Source of the DNA: a virus
Lineage: Duplodnaviria; Heunggongvirae; Uroviricota; Caudoviricetes
Virus record (IMG/VR): IMGVR_UViG_3300037882_002341
Coordinates: 958 to 64,957 of that record
Reading direction: 5' to 3' (one strand)
Length of the DNA: 64,000 nucleotides
This document shows positions 60,859 through 64,000 of the stretch, piece after piece. The notes below the pieces were generated by a model. The model was not told where the DNA came from and made no database searches. It saw only the letters and a program-made list of their open reading frames with translations. Position numbers and translations under genes: made by a program. Position 1 is the stretch's first letter; each line of letters opens with the position of its first letter.

Positions 60859-63800
60859 TTTTGAACCACGTGGTAACACTAATTACAGGAGAGAAGAAGA
60901 TCTCTTCACTTCCAGGATTCTCAACAAGAGATCTGAGGATCAACGTTTCCCAGGACAGACTGCTAGGGAGGACTCTGAAGCCGAACTAGTAAGGCAAGAG
61001 ATCAGAGACAAAACACCAGACCTGCAGCGTATCGCTAAGATGGTTGTGGTTGCTGGTGGTGCCGCAGCTGTTGGTAAGGCAATCGGTCGTAAGAATATGA
61101 TAGGCATGATGTCATGGGTAAGTACCCATGGATATTCAGCCAATAAAAGAGTATTTCAGCCGATCAGACACCTTGTAGACGACATGGTACTTGGGCAGGG
61201 CCCAGCAGCAAGATCTATATCACGAAGATATCTTGGGGCTAGCACCTCTGGTGCGCCCAGCAGACTTGATCCAGATCTCTCAATGGAGCTCGAGCGCATG
61301 TACTCCAAGTACAGCGCTAATGGACCGGATTCTATTACATGGCTCCATGGACCAAACAGAACCGGTGTTGACTATCATCGTCAGTATCTGTCTGCCCGCT
61401 TCTCTGGAAGAACTGCCCCTGATGGACTTCAACACTTAACAGTCGGGGACGTTTTAGGCAGTTCCAATATTAGAGATAGATTCTCTAGTAACTCCATAAA
61501 GGTTCTACAGCAAGCCAGAAGACACGGCGTCATTCATGACGCAATGTCCGTCTCTTCTTCTAATACCTTTGGTCTGTTTAAGAATAGCACAGGAAACATT
61601 CTTGACTCCCAGGCTTTCTCACCGTTACGCGTCTTCGATGCAGCCCACTCGGCACTTCGACAGTTCACCATACCGTTCTTTGAGTTAAGACCAGCCGATC
61701 TTATCTTTGGTGCCATAAGGCCAATGCTTGTGCCATCAAGGCACACCACTATTGGTGGTGGACAAAGACTCCCTAATGGATCAGTAACAGGAAGAGGTCT
61801 TAACTTCAGCATGGGAGACACAATATTCTCCCAGGTACCAGGACTAAATAGATTCACTGCGGTCGCCAGAGGTGTCAAGACCTACGATATCTCAGGAGAG
61901 GGTTCACACTTCTATGGTCGTGCTGTTGCTATTAAGCAAGGTCGCATAGCCTCAGAGATGAACAGGAACCTACAAGGGAACTTTGTTCCCCGTAATACCC
62001 AGCCGATCAAACACTTTTGGCAAAGAGTTCAAGAGACCATAGGTGTAGGACCAGAGTTCGCCACCAACAGGAGCATCTTTGGACTCATCAAGGATGCAGC
62101 CCAAAGACACTCAATAGACAGAGGCAACTCAGGAGGAGCCTTCTTACCTAACCGCTTCATGCCCCGTCATGCCACCATGACAAGAAGACAGGTTATCCAG
62201 GCTCAGTCTGCTTTTAATCAGGGACTATTACCAAATCAGGCTCTCTATTCCAACGCACAAGAGTATCTCGATGAGGCTATACCTAGTCCAGCTGGTCCAG
62301 TGCCCCTGTATGAAAGAATAAAGGCAAAGTTATTTGATAACTCTAGATCCGGATCCTATTATTCAAGATTACCTTCCGCAGGATTCCCGGGAGAAAAAAT
62401 AGGAGAGGTACCTAATCCCCGCACCCCCAAGCAGGGTTACACTCTCGTGGCTCCTGGAGCGGTGCCAATAGTAGGCCCTGGTGGAGTCCCAGCTTCAACC
62501 GTCCCCGCCACAGGCGTAGTAGACAGTCCTGGATTCATGAACAGCGCCAACCTGTTCCTGCACCACGGTGTTGAGCGCCTAAACCAACTCATAGGTACAA
62601 CAACAGGGTTTGGCATTAGGCCTAGTAGTGGAACCTATGGCTGGATAGGAAGCCTGGCCAAGGTTTACGGAGGAGCCTTTCTTGCGAAGATGGGTCTCGA
62701 GTATGCAAAATACTCTGACTATATTGCCGGAGAAGCCCTAGACTTCGTCCCCGGTTTAGATAATACAACGCCATCCGAGTATGCCGTTAGAGCCTATTCT
62801 GGGTCCATGGTTCTCAGACAGAAACTTAGAGAACAAGCGGGCATTCAGCAGTTAGCGGCCTATTCAGAAAGCTTAATGCCCGGTAGTATGAATCTCCCTG
62901 GCATGACAATGGCCCGCACAGCGGGCCCAGTGGCCTTGGGAGCTCTCCTTAGTGGTAGGAGAGGGGCAATGCTTGGGAGCGCAGTCAGCGCGATAATAGG
63001 AGGTTTAGACCCAGATATCAAATCCCAAGAGCTTGCCGACATTTATTCGGGCAGGAAAAAGATACCCGTTATGAAGAGTCGAGGCTGGATGATGGGTCTC
63101 CAGCCATTTGGGGGTGATGAAATAGATTATTATCGACCCCATTGGGCGGCAAGGTATCTTTCAAACTATAGATATACAGACACACAGTATGGTTCCAAGG
63201 CTGAGTACTTTGGATTTGAGAGTTCAGCACCAACCCCACATAACTTATTCGGTATCTTAAAGCTGGCTAATCCAGACTACTATGCCGAGAAACATTATTA
63301 CAACAGGCCTTATCCTTTCTCTACAACAGGAGAGAGGATGCACGAGGGTGAGGAGTTTGTACCACCTCCGTCACCAGGCGCCTATTGGGCCCAGGCTCTT
63401 GGTTACTCTCCCACACCGGGGACCTATACCACAGGAGTAAACCCCAACTCGAGCTCAGGTCTACTTAGAAGAGGGATGGATCAAATTACCCAGTTGGGTG
63501 GCTTCTATAAATTCGCAGCTCAGCAAATTCCTTTCTACGACGATCTATTTGGTGGCAAGGCTGAGTTGATGTACGCTGCGCAAGCAGGCACCATCACAAG
63601 CGCATCAAGAGAATTCTATGATGAGTCTGTGGGCGGTTTATTCGGTATGACCGAATTACTCCGCAGATTCATGTCTCCAGATAAAGGCAGACAGGGTATT
63701 AACATGCTGCCCAATACCATGCCAACATGGTTGCCAGGTATGCGATCTGAATACCCAAATGATCAAGACTACTTTACAGACTTCACCACAGGAGACCCTT

Positions 63801-64000
63801 ACGCAAGGATATCCAGTGGAGAGTCTCGTCTGCCAGGTCCCGGTTACGAAGCTTTAGCAGAACTCCACTCCAAGACCCCCGGTGTCTACGACGCCTACGA
63901 TAGGTATAAGATCCTAGCGGACGTGGCTCCTTACTCTGAGGCCTTTAAAAACTATAGGACAATTGTTCAATCATGGGCTCTTGCCGGTGTGCTAGATAAA
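60851..64000 (+). CDS. very large virion protein (tape-measure-like), runs off the window
   Basis: ATG at 60851 and the coding-looking frame at the window end are in phase (1050 codons; interior not checked codon by codon); Gly/Ala-rich; PNTMP.WLPG...DF.TGDPY..I..GE.RLPG.GYE; absent from the ORF track, consistent with no stop in the window. Confidence 0.8.
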   Translation, partial: MPNFEPRGNTNYRREEDLFTSRILNKRSEDQRFPGQTAREDSEAELVRQEIRDKTPDLQRIAKMVVVAGGAAAVGKAIGRKNMIGMMSWVSTHGYSANKRVFQPIRHLVDDMVLGQGPAARSISRRYLGASTSGAPSRLDPDLSMELERMYSKYSANGPDSITWLHGPNRTGVDYHRQYLSARFSGRTAPDGLQHLTVGDVLGSSNIRDRFSSNSIKVLQQARRHGVIHDAMSVSSSNTFGLFKNSTGNILDSQAFSPLRVFDAAHSALRQFTIPFFELRPADLIFGAIRPMLVPSRHTTIGGGQRLPNGSVTGRGLNFSMGDTIFSQVPGLNRFTAVARGVKTYDISGEGSHFYGRAVAIKQGRIASEMNRNLQGNFVPRNTQPIKHFWQRVQETIGVGPEFATNRSIFGLIKDAAQRHSIDRGNSGGAFLPNRFMPRHATMTRRQVIQAQSAFNQGLLPNQALYSNAQEYLDEAIPSPAGPVPLYERIKAKLFDNSRSGSYYSRLPSAGFPGEKIGEVPNPRTPKQGYTLVAPGAVPIVGPGGVPASTVPATGVVDSPGFMNSANLFLHHGVERLNQLIGTTTGFGIRPSSGTYGWIGSLAKVYGGAFLAKMGLEYAKYSDYIAGEALDFVPGLDNTTPSEYAVRAYSGSMVLRQKLREQAGIQQLAAYSESLMPGSMNLPGMTMARTAGPVALGALLSGRRGAMLGSAVSAIIGGLDPDIKSQELADIYSGRKKIPVMKSRGWMMGLQPFGGDEIDYYRPHWAARYLSNYRYTDTQYGSKAEYFGFESSAPTPHNLFGILKLANPDYYAEKHYYNRPYPFSTTGERMHEGEEFVPPPSPGAYWAQALGYSPTPGTYTTGVNPNSSSGLLRRGMDQITQLGGFYKFAAQQIPFYDDLFGGKAELMYAAQAGTITSASREFYDESVGGLFGMTELLRRFMSPDKGRQGINMLPNTMPTWLPGMRSEYPNDQDYFTDFTTGDPYARISSGESRLPGPGYEALAELHSKTPGVYDAYDRYKILADVAPYSEAFKNYRTIVQSWALAGVLDK

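Noticed and set aside
1-64000. Genome-wide TGA reassignment (genetic code 4 or 25) as the explanation for the in-frame TGAs
   Set aside because: Long genes are open in the standard code and use TGG for Trp, and TGA serves as a real stop in ATGA overlaps (e.g. 234, 2148, 13812). The recoding is site-specific.
1-64000. CRISPR array, integrase or transposase
   Set aside because: No regularly spaced repeats or recombinase motifs seen; the Cas4-like domain at ~34.1-34.5 kb has no cas context.

Overview
This is 64 kb of a large tailed bacteriophage, myovirus-like, with no CRISPR array, integrase or host housekeeping genes visible. It has three compartments. (1) 1-~11.6 kb, minus strand: mostly AT-rich, dense small accessory genes with several paralog expansions, ending in a cluster of structured non-coding RNAs at ~10.1-11.6 kb. 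(2) ~11.6-18.9 kb, minus strand: visibly GC-rich unknown genes separated by terminators and pyrimidine tracts, ending at a strand and composition switch near 18.9 kb that may be the genome-terminus region. (3) ~19-64 kb, mainly plus strand: 31 tRNAs covering all 20 amino acids, interleaved with HNH, phosphoesterase and protease genes and orphan structured RNAs, then the morphogenesis module (terminase, portal, prohead protease/scaffold, capsid, neck, sheath, tube paralogs, chaperones, and the start of a very large tail protein). Main discovery: six paralogous ~125-135 aa genes between 2.1 and 9.9 kb each carry an in-frame TGA at the homologous position (context TGA-CCY, read as U-P). Each TGA is followed by a hairpin of variable sequence but conserved pairing, with a loop G at +21. 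This is the signature of UGA-selenocysteine recoding with a bacterial SECIS element, so the phage appears to encode an expanded selenoprotein family that the ORF track splits. TGA is otherwise used as a normal stop, and no tRNA-Sec or sel gene is in the window, implying dependence on host Sec machinery. All function calls are from motifs read by eye; no database searches were run.
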